DNA of 62,889 nucleotides, filler included, from Octopus bimaculoides (GCF_001194135.2; 8 parts of 8 records of this genome joined end to end with filler, not necessarily neighbours in it); one strand, 5' to 3'. Numbered from the whole stretch's first letter, positions 37,289 to 50,169 are shown. Notes: generated by a model from the sequence alone, not told the origin. Numbers and translations are program-made.

Positions 37289-39923
37289 TATATATATAAA
37301 GCAGTAAAAGTGTATCTATATATAAAGCAGTTATAAAGTGTATCTATATGTATATAAAGGCTAAAAGTGTATCTATATATATATAAAACAGTGAAGAAAA
37401 AGAATGATAATATCATAATATAATAGGTTTGTAAATAATTTATATCTCAGATGGTATTTTAAAGCAATGTTCTTGAAAAGTTCTTTTAACGCTTTTGACG
37501 AAAAACACCTCAAAGACATACGTTTGTAGTTTTATCACAGTGAAATCTTTTTGTCTGCTACATTTTAGTGGTCAGCTAGATTTTGGCATTACAAGAGTAA
37601 GATGTCATTTGCTACAGAATTCAGTGATCACGTGCACACATATGCTTACACATGCAGACACAGACAGACAAAGAAGATAAAAATACTATTAATGTCTTGC
37701 TAAAAAAAGACAAAAAAGGTTAATTTACTCCGAATAAAGCATCTGTATACAATGAAATGGCCGAGACAGTTCTTATCCAAAGAACAACCACCTCCATTTC
37801 GGAAGAATACATATATATAGGCGCAACGGCGGATTAAAAAAAAAACCGTTGGCGTAACCACGGCGCGTCATTTCGAGATACAAACAAGAGACAATACTTT
37901 GTCGGATAACTTAATCTCGCATTTAACAGAAAAGAAGATTCAATACATTTCCTGGTCCGTGGTAAAGGCTGCATACCCGTATATCAGCAATTCTAAGTTA
38001 TGTAACCATTGTTTTGACAATAATATAAATAATATATAAACATATGCATATATCCATACATATATGTACATAACTACATCTATATGTATACATACATGCA
38101 TATATGGGTACAGGACATAAAAAAAAAAGAAAAAACTTTAAACCCAACGAGAAACGAAAACATAATAATGACAACAGAAAACGAACTTTTTCGAACAACG
38201 AAAAAAACAAACAGAGAAACGAGATATGCAACATAAAGTGTATACCCCATTGTCAGTTGTCCTTGTTCCATCTACTCCGCGTTTCGAAGGCAAGGACAAT
38301 ACGTGACTTCGCTGGAACAGTCCTTCCCGCAAAGCAAATTAAATAAAATTTGGAATTTTTTGCGGTGGGTGAAAGTGTTAACAAGAACAGGACAGTGAGA
38401 ACAAGACAGTAAAAGACAGTAAGAACAGGGCAGTGAGAACAAGATCTAAAGAAAAACTGATTAACACTCTCTACTTGTTATGAGGTGCCACTACAAGTTT
38501 GGAAAAACCTTCATCTAATACAAAACAAAATACCTATTAGAGAATTGCTAATTATTCTGGTCACTACCCGAACCCGTTTTAGGAAGATTTCTAAATGGAC
38601 TTGTGTACACCAATATATCAGGAATACATATATCATGTGATGAAAGGAATTTTCTTGAAATAATACGAACTTCAACATTTTGGTATCTTTATGAAAGTAT
38701 ACCCTAGGGTACCAGTATATCTACATTTAATTTTTTTTTATAACAGAATATTCTATGTTGGAAGATTACCTGAGTCAATGAGAATGAATGTAAGAAGGAA
38801 TAATTTTCTTAATTTTCCATCTCTTTATAAAAGCACAGGTATTATCACTTAAGTCAACGTATATAGAAATTTATTTGCCTATTTTTTTTTCTTTTGGGTA
38901 AATAAGACATGTCATATAAAGCGTTACTAAAAAAAACTTGCTCACTCCATATAACTGTAAAAACTCTGCGGTTATTTGTGGACTTTCAGATGTGTGTTGG
39001 ATAAAACAAATGATCTCTGGATTACTGCCTGTCTGATAGTCTGGATATGTGGATGAGCTAAATAGAGTAAACTCCTGGATTGAAACCCGAATTAAATTAT
39101 TCTATATATGCATCGTGACTTCTGGGACTTGATTGATGAAAGAAAGCCAAGAATGACCCGTATTTTTTTGCCTGTCCTTCTAATTGTTGTTTCTCTTGTC
39201 CATCTTTGTATCGTCTATCTGTCCGAATGTTTTAATGCCCTCTATTGCATTTTTGTTCCATTTTCATATTTATAAATATATATATATAGCAGCGTACGTA
39301 CACCCTTGTGCTCACCTTATAGAAGGTATGTATCTAAATTTTGTACGACTCTTACTCTATCTTTTATTCTCCCTCTCATTTTCCTTCTTTTTTTCTCGCT
39401 CTCCCTCTCTCACATTTCTTGGCCCTCTCTTTCTTTAACTCCCACTATTTCCCACTCGTTTATGTCCCCTGTACCTTTCTCTTTGTCTCCGATTTTTTTT
39501 TTCTAATCCTTCAATCCTGCTGTCTCCTACCAATCTCTCCTCCTTCTACATGACCGGTGTCCGGCCAGCCATGATCTTTCTTTCGTGGCCTGACTGCCAA
39601 CCGTCAACACCTCTTGTGTCCCCTCCCATGTTCCTGCCTTTAGGCCTTCACTTCATACACGCCAGCTCAATTTTCTTTATATTATATGCATATATACATA
39701 TGTATATGTGTGTGTATANNNNNNNNNNNNNNNNNNNNNNNNNNNNNNNNNNNNNNNNNNNNNNNNNNNNNNNNNNNNNNNNNNNNNNNNNNNNNNNNNN
39801 NNNNNNNNNNNNNNNNNNNNNNNNNNNNNNNNNNNNNNNNNNNNNNNNNNNNNNNNNNNNNNNNNNNNNNNNNNNNNNNNNNNNNNNNNNNNNNNNNNNN
39901 NNNNNNNNNNNNNNNNNNNNNNN

Positions 39924-39924
39924 N

Positions 39925-39973
<49 letters not shown>
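39924..39973. repeat. (GA)n microsatellite
   Basis: Direct inspection. Confidence 0.95.
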
Positions 39974-39976
<3 letters not shown>

Positions 39977-40262
39977 GGCACTAAAAATACACGATCAAAA
40001 ATAAAATCTACAAAAATAAGTGTTTAGCCTCAGGTCGGCCATAATCATGAAGATCTATCATGAAAGACGTTCAGGCCATCTTATCTTAACAATAGTATAC
40101 TCGAGACAACATTAACCCCCTTACTCGTTTATTTTGAAACAATAGAATGTGATTTGAGAAAGATTTAACTGCCATTTCTAGCAGCTTAACTCACTTTGTC
40201 GAGGTTAACTATTAATACCTATGAAATGATGGAAAATTTAAGCAAAAGTAGTTGCTACATGA

Positions 40263-40500
40263 TAAGGCGGCGAGCTGGCAGAAACGTTAGCACGCCGGGC
40301 GTAATGCTTAGTGGTATTTCGTCTGTCTTTACGTTCTGAGTTCAAATTCCTTCGACGTCGAACTTGCCTTTCATCCTTTCGAGGTCGATAAATTAAGTGC
40401 CAGTTGTGTACTGAGGTCGACCTAATCGACTGCCTTCTCCCTCCGCAGAAATATCGGACCTTGTGCTTAGAGTAGAAACGAATAGTTGCTACATCAACTC
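40263..40500 (+). mobile_element. tRNA-derived SINE (aaggcggcgagctggcag family)
   Basis: A-box-like ggcgagctggcagaa and B-box-like gagttcaaattcc. Copies at 42733-42900, 61935-62150 and 60642-60710 (+), and 49395-49600 and 58890-59095 (-). Confidence 0.8.
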
Positions 40501-40519
40501 CTCAGCGACCACCGCCATT

Positions 40520-40735
40520 ATGACGAATATTACTATCACCACAACATCCACCACACCACCACAAAATCAGTTACAAGAACCACCACCACCACCACCACCA
40601 CAACCACCACCGCCACCACCACCATCAGCCTTATCACCACTACCACCGCCACCGCCATCAGCTTTATTACCACCACTATCACAACCACTACCGCCACTGC
40701 CACTACCATCATCAGCACCACCACCCCTGCCGCAG

Positions 40736-40801
<66 letters not shown>

Positions 40802-41000
40802 GTTTAAAAACTGCGGTAATGGCAACAACCACCACCGATACAACCGCTGAGAAAATGGTGAAGAAATTATATAATGCTGTCCTAGATAAACGCCAAAAGG
40901 ACAGGATGGCCATTGGAGGAACGCCTTTGATAACTGGCCTATTCAATCAGTTCAGTCAAGACTGGCCGTCATCGTCGTCATCATCACTACCACCCATTAC

Positions 41001-41031
<31 letters not shown>

Positions 41032-41151
41032 TTCATCATCATCATAATCAGCAGCAACAACATCACCGCCGCTACCGTCGTTGCGGTGGCGGTCGTCGTC
41101 AGTCATCGTCATCATCATCATCACCAAAACACCACCACCACCACCACCACC
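40520..41151. repeat. Cryptic compound trinucleotide array (ACC/ACT/ATC)n
   Basis: Direct inspection; explains the poly-T, poly-P and poly-H pseudo-ORFs. Confidence 0.9.
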
Positions 41152-42028
41152 NNNNNNNNNNNNNNNNNNNNNNNNNNNNNNNNNNNNNNNNNNNNNNNNN
41201 NNNNNNNNNNNNNNNNNNNNNNNNNNNNNNNNNNNNNNNNNNNNNNNNNNNNNNNNNNNNNNNNNNNNNNNNNNNNNNNNNNNNNNNNNNNNNNNNNNNN
41301 NNNNNNNNNNNNNNNNNNNNNNNNNNNNNNNNNNNNNNNNNNNNNNNNNNNNNNNNNNNNNNNNNNNNNNNNNNNNNNNNNNNNNNNNNNNNNNNNNNNN
41401 NNNNNNNNNNNNNNNNNNNNNNNNNNNNNNNNNNNNNNNNNNNNNNNNNNNNNNNNNNNNNNNNNNNNNNNNNNNNNNNNNNNNNNNNNNNNNNNNNNNN
41501 NNNNNNNNNNNNNNNNNNNNNNNNNNNNNNNNNNNNNNNNNNNNNNNNNNNNNNNNNNNNNNNNNNNNNNNNNNNNNNNNNNNNNNNNNNNNNNNNNNNN
41601 NNNNNNNNNNNNNNNNNNNNNNNNNNNNNNNNNNNNNNNNNNNNNNNNNNNNNNNNNNNNNNNNNNNNNNNNNNNNNNNNNNNNNNNNNNNNNNNNNNNN
41701 NNNNNNNNNNNNNNNNNNNNNNNNNNNNNNNNNNNNNNNNNNNNNNNNNNNNNNNNNNNNNNNNNNNNNNNNNNNNNNNNNNNNNNNNNNNNNNNNNNNN
41801 NNNNNNNNNNNNNNNNNNNNNNNNNNNNNNNNNNNNNNNNNNNNNNNNNNNNNNNNNNNNNNNNNNNNNNNNNNNNNNNNNNNNNNNNNNNNNNNNNNNN
41901 NNNNNNNNNNNNNNNNNNNNNNNNNNNNNNNNNNNNNNNNNNNNNNNNNNNNNNNNNNNNNNNNNNNNNNNNNNNNNNNNNNNNNNNNNNNCTTAAATGG
42001 CTTATAAACACCTTCCACGCTGTAATTA

Positions 42029-42083
<55 letters not shown>

Positions 42084-42084
42084 C

Positions 42085-42125
<41 letters not shown>

Positions 42126-42134
42126 GATTCATTC

Positions 42135-42340
42135 ATTCATTGAGAGAGCAGAGCATGCCATCAAAGTGACACTGGGGTACAAATATACGAAGTCCAATAT
42201 ACCCATCATGACTACCTGTCTGATAAGGGTACACAAGGCACATGCATCACAACCATATGTGCGTGACATGGTGATCTCATATCAAGATAAACAGCGCATG
42301 GCCTCGCAGGTGGGGTCCAATTAGAATTTTCTTCAGGTTA
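42135..42340 (-). mobile_element. Copy of the 3440-4020 repeat family next to an (ATT)n array
   Basis: Reverse complement matches 3820-4015. Confidence 0.7.
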
Positions 42341-42732
42341 ACTGTTATAGTTTTATGGCGTTGTCTTGTTACTATTGTTGTCTTGTTACTATTGTGCTAT
42401 TTTTGCTATTGTTCTGCTTATTTTTGTTACATTGTGGTTGTTTCCGTTGTGCAACTATTACCTTGCTTGTATTGCATCGCGGTGACGCCGTTACTGTTGC
42501 TGTTTATACTGCTGCAGTATTGTTATTGCTTCTGTTATTCTGGGATCCCTGCTAATGTATTTTTGTTACCGTTTTTATTGTCGTTTGTTTCCGTTGTGCA
42601 ACTGTTACCTTGCTTGTATGGAGTTGCAGTGGCGCTGTTTCTGTTGTCTATACTATTGCAGTATTATTATTGTTATGTTATTGCTTTAGATATATTATTA
42701 TTGTTGTCACTGTGATTACGTTATTATTCCTT

Positions 42733-42900
42733 TAAAGGCGGCGCGTTGGCAGAATCGCTAGCACGCCGGGCGAAATACTTTGCAGTATTTCGTCTGCCGC
42801 TACGTTCTGAGTTCAAATTCCGCCGAGGTCGACTTTGCCTTTTGGGGTCGATAAATTAAGCACCAGTTGAGGCCTTGTGCCCATAGTAGAAAGGATTATT
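42733..42900 (+). mobile_element. tRNA-derived SINE with (ATT)n tail
   Basis: aaggcggcgcgttggcagaatcgctagcacgccgggcg...gagttcaaattccgccgaggtcgac...agaaaggattattatt. Confidence 0.8.
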
Positions 42901-42987
42901 ATTATTATTACGCCGTATGTAAACAAGCAGGTTTGTTTTTCGAAGCGCTGAAATGTATGGTAGAACAAGTAGAAACATAAATTTTAT

Positions 42988-43056
42988 TCAACGCATAGAT
43001 ACTGAACAGTAGGATTTTATCCTTTATATCTATACTGTTCAGTATCTATGCGTTGA
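42988..43056. repeat. Perfect 24-bp inverted repeat with 21-nt loop
   Basis: tcaacgcatagatactgaacagta (42988-43011) and tactgttcagtatctatgcgttga (43033-43056). Confidence 0.95.
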
Positions 43057-43733
43057 TTATTATTATTATTGTAATATTACTGTTGTGTTGATGTTATTGC
43101 TGTGTTTTTATTGTTGTGTTGTTTCCGTTGTCATTTTTTTACTGTTGTCATGCTATTGTTGTTGCTGTTATTATTGTTTTGCTGTTAGATGTTTTTATTA
43201 TCGTTTAACTTCATATTATCCTCACAAAAAAGCAGGCTTAGAATCAAAAGCGTTCCATCCAATTCCTTTTTTTTTTCTCAGGCAGAATATTTAGGGACTG
43301 CTTTATCAAATGTTTTCTTCCTGAGAAAGACAGTTCGATTTGAGGAACATTTAGCTGATATTTCTAGCAGTTCGAAAAACTATGTAGAAACATTTCTGAA
43401 TATCTTCTAATTTCTTTTTGGCTTACAGAAATGATAGAACGTAGTGGAGGGAGGTGGGAGGGGAAATGTCATTCGGTATTTGAAATCAATATGTCCTAAT
43501 TTTGTTGTTGTTTAACCCCAGGTCAGCATAGTTGAACAGACGTGGGATCAAAGGTTTACCAGACGTGACCAACATCGTGAATTTTTTTTAAAAGCGTAGT
43601 GTATTGAGAACTGCATTATCAAATGTGTCCTACTTTTTCTAAAAACATAAGTTGTGAATGTAAACAGATTTAGGTGCTGTTTCCAGTAAATCGAGTGACC
43701 ACGTCCACGTCATGCTCCTTCAACGGTTTGGTT

Positions 43734-43771
<38 letters not shown>

Positions 43772-44484
43772 ATAGTAGCAGTAATTGTTGTTGCTGACGA
43801 TGCTATTGCTGTAGTGGTTGTTGCTGTTGCCGCCGCAGCTATTTGTTGTTGTTGATGCTGCTGCTGCTGCAGCTGTCGTTGTTGATGATGTCGACAGTGC
43901 TGCTGTTGATGTTGTTGCAACTGTTATTGCTGACGATGCTGTTGCTGCCGCCATTGCTGCTGCATCTCTCATAGTTTTTGTTACTGCTGTTAATCTTGCA
44001 ACTGCTGCTGCTGTTACAGCTACTGTTGCGGTTGTTGTTGCTGTTGCTGCCGAACTCTTCCGCTGCCGTCGACATTATAGTTGCTGCTTCTGCTGCTGCT
44101 GCAGTCTACATTGTTCTTCTTCTTCTTATTGTTGCTGTTATCATAACAATTATTATTATTGTTGTTGTTGTCGCTGTGTTAAGTCCGATAACAATCAAAG
44201 AGAAGCAAGATTTCAACCATTGATATATCATTTATCAACAGTTAGTCACGTGTTAATAATCCAACTAATACAACACTTAAAGCTGTTCACCTTGTTGTTA
44301 TCGTTGTTGTTGTTATTAATGTTGTTGTTGTCGTCGTCCTTGTGGCTATTGTTCTTCTTGTTGTCATTTCGTTATCTTTGCATCAGCTGTTTAATGTTGT
44401 TCGGCGATGGTATTTGCAGTACTTCGTCCTCTTATTACTGTCTGTCTGTTACTATTCTTTAGTTTGAGGCTATTATTATTATTA

Positions 44485-44516
<32 letters not shown>

Positions 44517-44540
44517 GTTGTTGTTGTTGTTGCTGTAGTT
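43734..44540. repeat. Cryptic compound trinucleotide array (GTA/GTT/GCT/ATT)n
   Basis: Direct inspection. Confidence 0.9.
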
Positions 44541-44676
44541 GTTTTTGATATTATTATTGTCCTCCATATCTTCATTNNNNNNNNNNNNNNNNNNNNNNNN
44601 NNNNNNNNNNNNNNNNNNNNTTAATTAATTAANNNNNNNNNNNNNNNNNNNNNNNNNNNNNNNNNNNNNNNNNNNN

Positions 44677-44718
<42 letters not shown>

Positions 44719-44749
44719 TGTGTGTGTGTGTGTGTGATATATATATATT

Positions 44750-45005
44750 GTACGAAATGTAGTGTCCACTCCAGGTACTGCAATAGCTTAGGGTACAAAA
44801 TCACACAACCCTTCACTGCTCTGCCACAAATGTTAAGAAACCTACACAATGTGGATGTTTTCAAAAAGAAACTGAACATTCTCCTTTCCACAATACTGGA
44901 TGAACCAACAGCCCTGCATGAAGGGCAAATGAGAGCAACAGTATCAAACTCCCTCTTCCACCAAATGGGTCAACAACCAAAGCAAAAGTACGTACAAGGG
45001 TAGTG
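44750..45005 (+). mobile_element. CR1/L2-group LINE 3' fragment, same family as 30110-31320
   Basis: RYCNSLGYK..PFTALPQMLRNLHNVDVFKKKLNILLSTILDEPT. Confidence 0.75.
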
Positions 45006-45111
45006 ATCCCACTACCCTGAAGAAATCAGCCCCAAAAGCATCTTATGTAAATGTGCAAAGTCACAGTGGTGCTCCAGCATGACTGCAGCTGCATAGCTGA
45101 AATGAATAAAA

Positions 45112-45150
<39 letters not shown>

Positions 45151-46180
45151 TGCACACACACATGCATATATCTATGTATTATATGTGTGTATATGTTTGT
45201 GTCTGGTTGCATGTGGATGTGTGTGTGAATGTAAATATACATACACACACACACAAATATACACCTTCACACACATATACACAGAGACCTATAGCTGCAA
45301 AACTACAGGAATGACAAATATTAACGGACACTCCTATACTATCATACCGATTATCTATTGTCTAGAAATAATTCAAATTGTTGTAGCTGTCTCAGTACAA
45401 ATGATTAACAGTCTGTATTCCTATAATGGATAATTACATAATTAAATTTTAATGATAATTGATTATAGTAAAAATATTAAGAATGATTTGTTGGTGCTCA
45501 TTCTTAGACCCTCCTCGATTGAACAAGCTTAAGATCAATGATACTCCATTTATGACCATCCCATCTGTCTTTCCAGGCATAGTCTACCTAATCTACATTA
45601 ATTATCTAATACATCTTTCATGATAATGATGATAATCTCCCTTCTCCTCCATTTCTCTTCCAGTGTAAGAATTGTACTTCTATACTACTAGTTAAATAGA
45701 CAAAAATATGTAAAAACCCAAACTATCAACTAATATATCTAAATAAATAACTATATTAATGATAACTAATATAACTTCTTACAATAAGAATAAACAAATA
45801 AATAAATAAGTAAAAGTAGCAAATAAGTACATACTTAGATTTATTTTTTTACCAATAATAATAATGTAGAAGTATATGTCATGAACATGATGGATAGTAC
45901 AAATGGTAAAGGCAGATTTATAAACCTATACAGTTAATGAGGAATATGTTTATAGACATACTGAACAGAGATGAAGATAATGGCTAGCTTGTAAAAAGCT
46001 CGTTTGCACCACCAAAAAGGGTGAGTAGTAATATGACATAGCTCTTCTGAACTATGCCTATCCCTTGTCCAGTGAGGTCAAAATCAGCCTCTAGCTATTT
46101 TTAGAACAGAATCCAAGAAGCACATGCTACAATTCAATTGGAATGAACTCCCCATCTGTTAGGATATGGTAGAAAATAGC

Positions 46181-46291
46181 AGTCAATTTTGCCCTGATGA
46201 AGTGTTTGCTTTTTTAAATTCATAATGCAATTTAGTTGCATAATATGGATTTGAGTAAGAAACTGAAACGGTCCGGCAACATGAATTGACT
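46181..46291 (+). ncRNA. Type I hammerhead-ribozyme-like motif with intact core and extended stem II
   Basis: Stem I agtcaatt..ttgcc / ggcaa..aattgact; CTGATGA at 46194-46200; 64-nt stem II hairpin 46201-46264; GAAAC at 46265-46269; GTC at 46271-46273. Confidence 0.65.
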
Positions 46292-46561
46292 ATTATAGTA
46301 AAAACATTGATTCTTTGTGTATGTATTCTCCATTTTCTTTGTATTGTTAAAATTTTTTCTCCTATATCGAAAAGATGGAAACATCTATAGCGACAACTGG
46401 AATTTAAAAAGTGTAAGGTACTAATATTGAAGAAGAACCAAAGATAAACACTAGTACATATACACATGTGCAATTTCCAGTATTGTGAATTGATATAGAG
46501 CTGAACCAGTGTACACTAGGATAATTATCCCTAGGAAAGAACAACTTCTTTCCACACAGAC

Positions 46562-46593
<32 letters not shown>

Positions 46594-46598
<5 letters not shown>

Positions 46599-46830
46599 TA
46601 GCAGCTAAGCCCGGTTTCACCCAGTTGGTTTGGATGATGTGGCTGTAAAACCTGCTCTGTGTAAGCATTCGACTTGCTTGGGCATGCTTACATAAAAAAA
46701 CAATTTTAGAATGACTTTTTTCTGTCAAAATGCTAAAAATAACTGACCAACAACAAAAAAAAAACAGCCAAGATTCAACCAAATCAAACAATAAACCCAA
46801 ATACTAAGCGAACAAAGACGAACCATCCCA
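46594..46830 (+). mobile_element. Possible non-autonomous Helitron/Helentron end
   Basis: Starts inside a (TA)n run with tactagcagctaagcccggtttcaccc, resembling the ACTAG plus short GC hairpin termini of such elements. Confidence 0.35.
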
Positions 46831-47139
46831 CTTCCATTGCACGTGTGTGCGCGAACACACACACACACACACGCGCAATCACATACCCCCTTTTACATAT
46901 ACACATATATTCACACAGAGTTGAAATGCTGTTTAATTTATTTTTTCAGCATACAATTTTCATCATCCCACTACCAAGTATGTCATCACCCGTTCCTTCC
47001 TTATTCATCTATCACCCCTTCCTTTCTCATTCATAAGCACAAGAGTATTATTACAGTAGATTATCTCGGTAACCATGGGAACTATGAAAAAATACAAGGC
47101 CCAGCATCACCACCGGATCATGCAATTCCACCCAGCCAT

Positions 47140-47270
47140 TTGACCATTACTTTCAAGACAGTACTTCTTGATACATCAAACATTTTGGCTGTTTTCATTT
47201 CGCTAGCACCTGCCGTATGAGCACCAACGATTTGACCTCTTTGAAAGTCTAATAGATCTGTCATTTTAAT
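47140..47270 (-). mobile_element. Tc1-like transposase N-terminal (paired HTH) fragment
   Basis: [40 protein letters not shown]. Confidence 0.75.
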
Positions 47271-47309
47271 GAATTTTAATTACCTTTTTCTGATGCTATN
47301 NNNNNNNNN

Positions 47310-47343
<34 letters not shown>

Positions 47344-47879
47344 TATGGGTTTCATTTCACTTTCTGTCAATCAAATTCACTCACAACTTGCTCAAGGTGC
47401 CACATATTGGGACTGAACGTGAAACCAGATTGTGAAGCAAACTTCTTCACCACACAGCCATCCCTCATCTTCCATCTTTTAAAATAGCAAGTGCAATTTC
47501 AGGGAGATTTAGTTGGTATTTCTAGCCAACTGAGAGAACTATAAAGAAGTTCCTTTGTTCGTTCTAAGTGAGGTCAGCTGATGTTCATTTCAGATAAATA
47601 ACGTATCTTGAATTGATGGTGAAATGTACACATAGATATGGCTGTGTGATTGGTTTGGCTATAATGCTCCCCCACTACACCTGCTCATGATCAGAGATGC
47701 ACATATTGTCAGCCAGGACATGCTCAAGGGGTTAAGATCAATCAACTGATAAGTAAATCTTTGGTATTGAGCAGAATATTTGCTATAACGATATTCCTGC
47801 TTCAGCAACTCGTGCTGAATCTGTCTGAAATGTAATGGAAAATAGGTCAGTTTCAAAACATTGATGTCTATGTCTCCAA

Positions 47880-48060
47880 AGCAAAGTTAGGTGCTGTGAT
47901 ATAAGTAGCTGAAGTTCCGTACAACAAACAAAACTTTGATGTGGTGCATAAACACCATATAGGCTTCACCAAGGGTAAGTTCAAACAAAGATACTACAAC
48001 TTTACATCTTCTTTTAGACAAAAGAAAAATGCAACAAAATGATTCAACTACTTCAACTAC
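47880..48060 (+). mobile_element. Penelope-like GIY-YIG endonuclease fragment
   Basis: AVI*VAEV...HHIGFTKGKFKQRYYNFTSSFRQKK, matching VIYQAEV...YIGLTE..FKQRYYNH.SSFR. Confidence 0.7.
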
Positions 48061-48164
48061 AAGATCTCATATGGAGCATTATGAAAATTAGGAAGCATGA
48101 AAAGCATCATTCTCACAAAATGTACAATTTTATTTAAACATCAGGTCCAAGAATTTTGGAAAAT

Positions 48165-48355
48165 GTGCCTGTGGCACGTAAAAGCACCCACTACACTCTC
48201 AGAGTGGTTGGTGTTAGGAAGGGCATCCAGCTGTAGAAACTCTGCCAGATCAGATTGGAGCCTGGTGCAGTCTTCTGGTTTGCTAGTCCTCAGTCAAATC
48301 GTCCAACCCATGCTAGCATGGAAAGCGGACGTTAAACGATGAAGATGATGATGTA
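48165..48355 (+). mobile_element. SINE 3' part with (GAT)n tail (gtaaaagcacccactacactc...aggaagggcatccagc family)
   Basis: A highly similar inverted copy lies at 56436-56720. The central block resembles the SINE Meta domain as I recall it (unverified). Confidence 0.75.
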
Positions 48356-50169
48356 CATACTTCTAAAAGTAGTTATTGAGTCCACCACCATATTTCTAGA
48401 TTGAAATAAAGAGGAAATAACACTTACTGACCAAAGACAAAAAAAAAAAATTGTTATACTGTGTAATGAATCAGTTTGAGAACCTCCACATGGTTTCTCA
48501 ACATGCAAAGAATAGTAACCAAATCTCCCTTAAATTACACCCTGCTGTCTTTAGAAAACAATGCATTCAGTAATGTAGTTTGGAATATACAATGGTTAAG
48601 TTAAAAAAAAAATGACTGGCTGTGAAACATATTAAGCATGTGAAATTCTTTTGATTATAGGTTTGAAAAACAACATTGAATTTGTGAGGATGTCATTCAA
48701 CTGGCTTTCCAAACATGACCATCCTGTTTTTGTTTTTTTCCAGAAACTACATTAGGCAATCTTGCCTAGTTTTTGTTTTAGAGTGTCATTTGGAGAGTGA
48801 GATTTGACTGATATTTCTATCAGGTTGAGTGATAGAATAGAGATTCTCTCATTGGCTTATGATGTTGTTGAGGTGGTGATGGTGAAGAGGAGAAGAATGC
48901 AGAGTAGTAGGCAGAGGTAGAGGAGAAGAATGTAGAAATGGGGGAGGGAAAGGAAGATGGTGGTAGCAGCTGTTGTGGCAGTGGCAATGATGATGATTGG
49001 TGGTGAGGACAGGAGGAGCAGGACAAGAAGAATGACACCAAAGCATCACCACCATCATCATCATCAACACAACAACACAGGAGTCTCTATGTGGTCATTC
49101 AATCTGCCAAAATTAACAGCCAGATTCTTCTGAGATTATACTCTACCATCTAAACAAAAATAAAAGGGAAGAGAGAATGGTCACAGTTGGAATACTTTTA
49201 ATCATAGATTTGCATTATGAAAGTTGATCTGGGGTTAATTAACAACAATAACAACAAATATATTTCCATCAGTGGCTTTACTACTGTTCTTTTCTGTCAG
49301 TGGCTCCAATACTGTTCTTTTCAGTCTCCAGTTGGGGATTAATTATAAATATGTTATGTCATTTTACATTAAAAATATTGATTTCAAATTTTGGTACATG
49401 GCCAGCAATTTTGGGGTAGGGATTATTAAGTCGATTACATCATCCCCAGTGATCAACTGGTACTTCTTTTATCAACCTTGAAAGGATGAAAGGCAAAGTC
49501 AACTTCAGCAGAATTTAAACTTAGAATGTAAAGATGGATAAAATGCCACTAAGCATTTTGCTCAGTGAGCTAACGTTTCGGCCAGCTTGCCATCTTTTTT
49601 TCACATTGAAAATATTAGCAGTTAATTCATTCTTAACAATAATCCAGTGTCTTACAAGCTGGCAAACCCCCCCCCCCCAAAAAAAAACCCAGAACAAGTT
49701 ATTTACATAGATTTAAGAATACATTAAAATGTAATCACTTGAGGTTTTTGTTTTTGTTTTGATAGTTGTGGTGGTGGTGGTGAAGACACATTTACAATAG
49801 ATTGTTGAGCTACTGCTTGTAATGTGCCAGTGAGTAAAAGTTTATTAATCAGTTGGATGACCTTTTCTTGATTGCTGTCTCCAGATGTTTAGGTATGTAG
49901 CAGCTGCAATACACAATCTGATTTTGACAAGTCTATCACTCACCCCACCACCACTAAGCCAACTGAAACATAATGCTTTTTTTTATAATTAGATCATTTC
50001 TAAATTCTATTTTGTTGAAATGGAAAGCAAGTAGTTTACATTGTTATTTTTTTATTTCTGTTTTTATACCCTTTATAATCTTCCCTGAGTTTGGAATGTA
50101 GGAGTTTTGGGGATTGGATTCTGGTCCAACTTACTTTTGGATTTAGACTACTCTAGAGTACAATTATAC

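Noticed and set aside
37290-37390. Short repeat-spacer pattern as a CRISPR-like array
   Set aside because: Eukaryotic context, units are tandem with no unique spacers, and no cas genes; it is a minisatellite.
38260-38320. Minus-strand CCAGCGA-AG..CT-TC-GAAAC-GC-GGA with gttcca/tggaac flanks as a fourth hammerhead
   Set aside because: Only 4 of 7 core positions match and the cleavage triplet is absent. It may be an ancient relic but cannot be supported from this copy.
40486-42324. 612-aa ORF and other long ORFs in the track (33499-34542, 40987-42018, 43818-44462, 25146-25751)
   Set aside because: Artefacts of N runs and trinucleotide or dinucleotide repeats lacking stops.
45860-46140. Hydrophobic minus-strand reading as a numt or membrane-protein pseudogene
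   Set aside because: Stops remain under the invertebrate mitochondrial code and no diagnostic motif is present.
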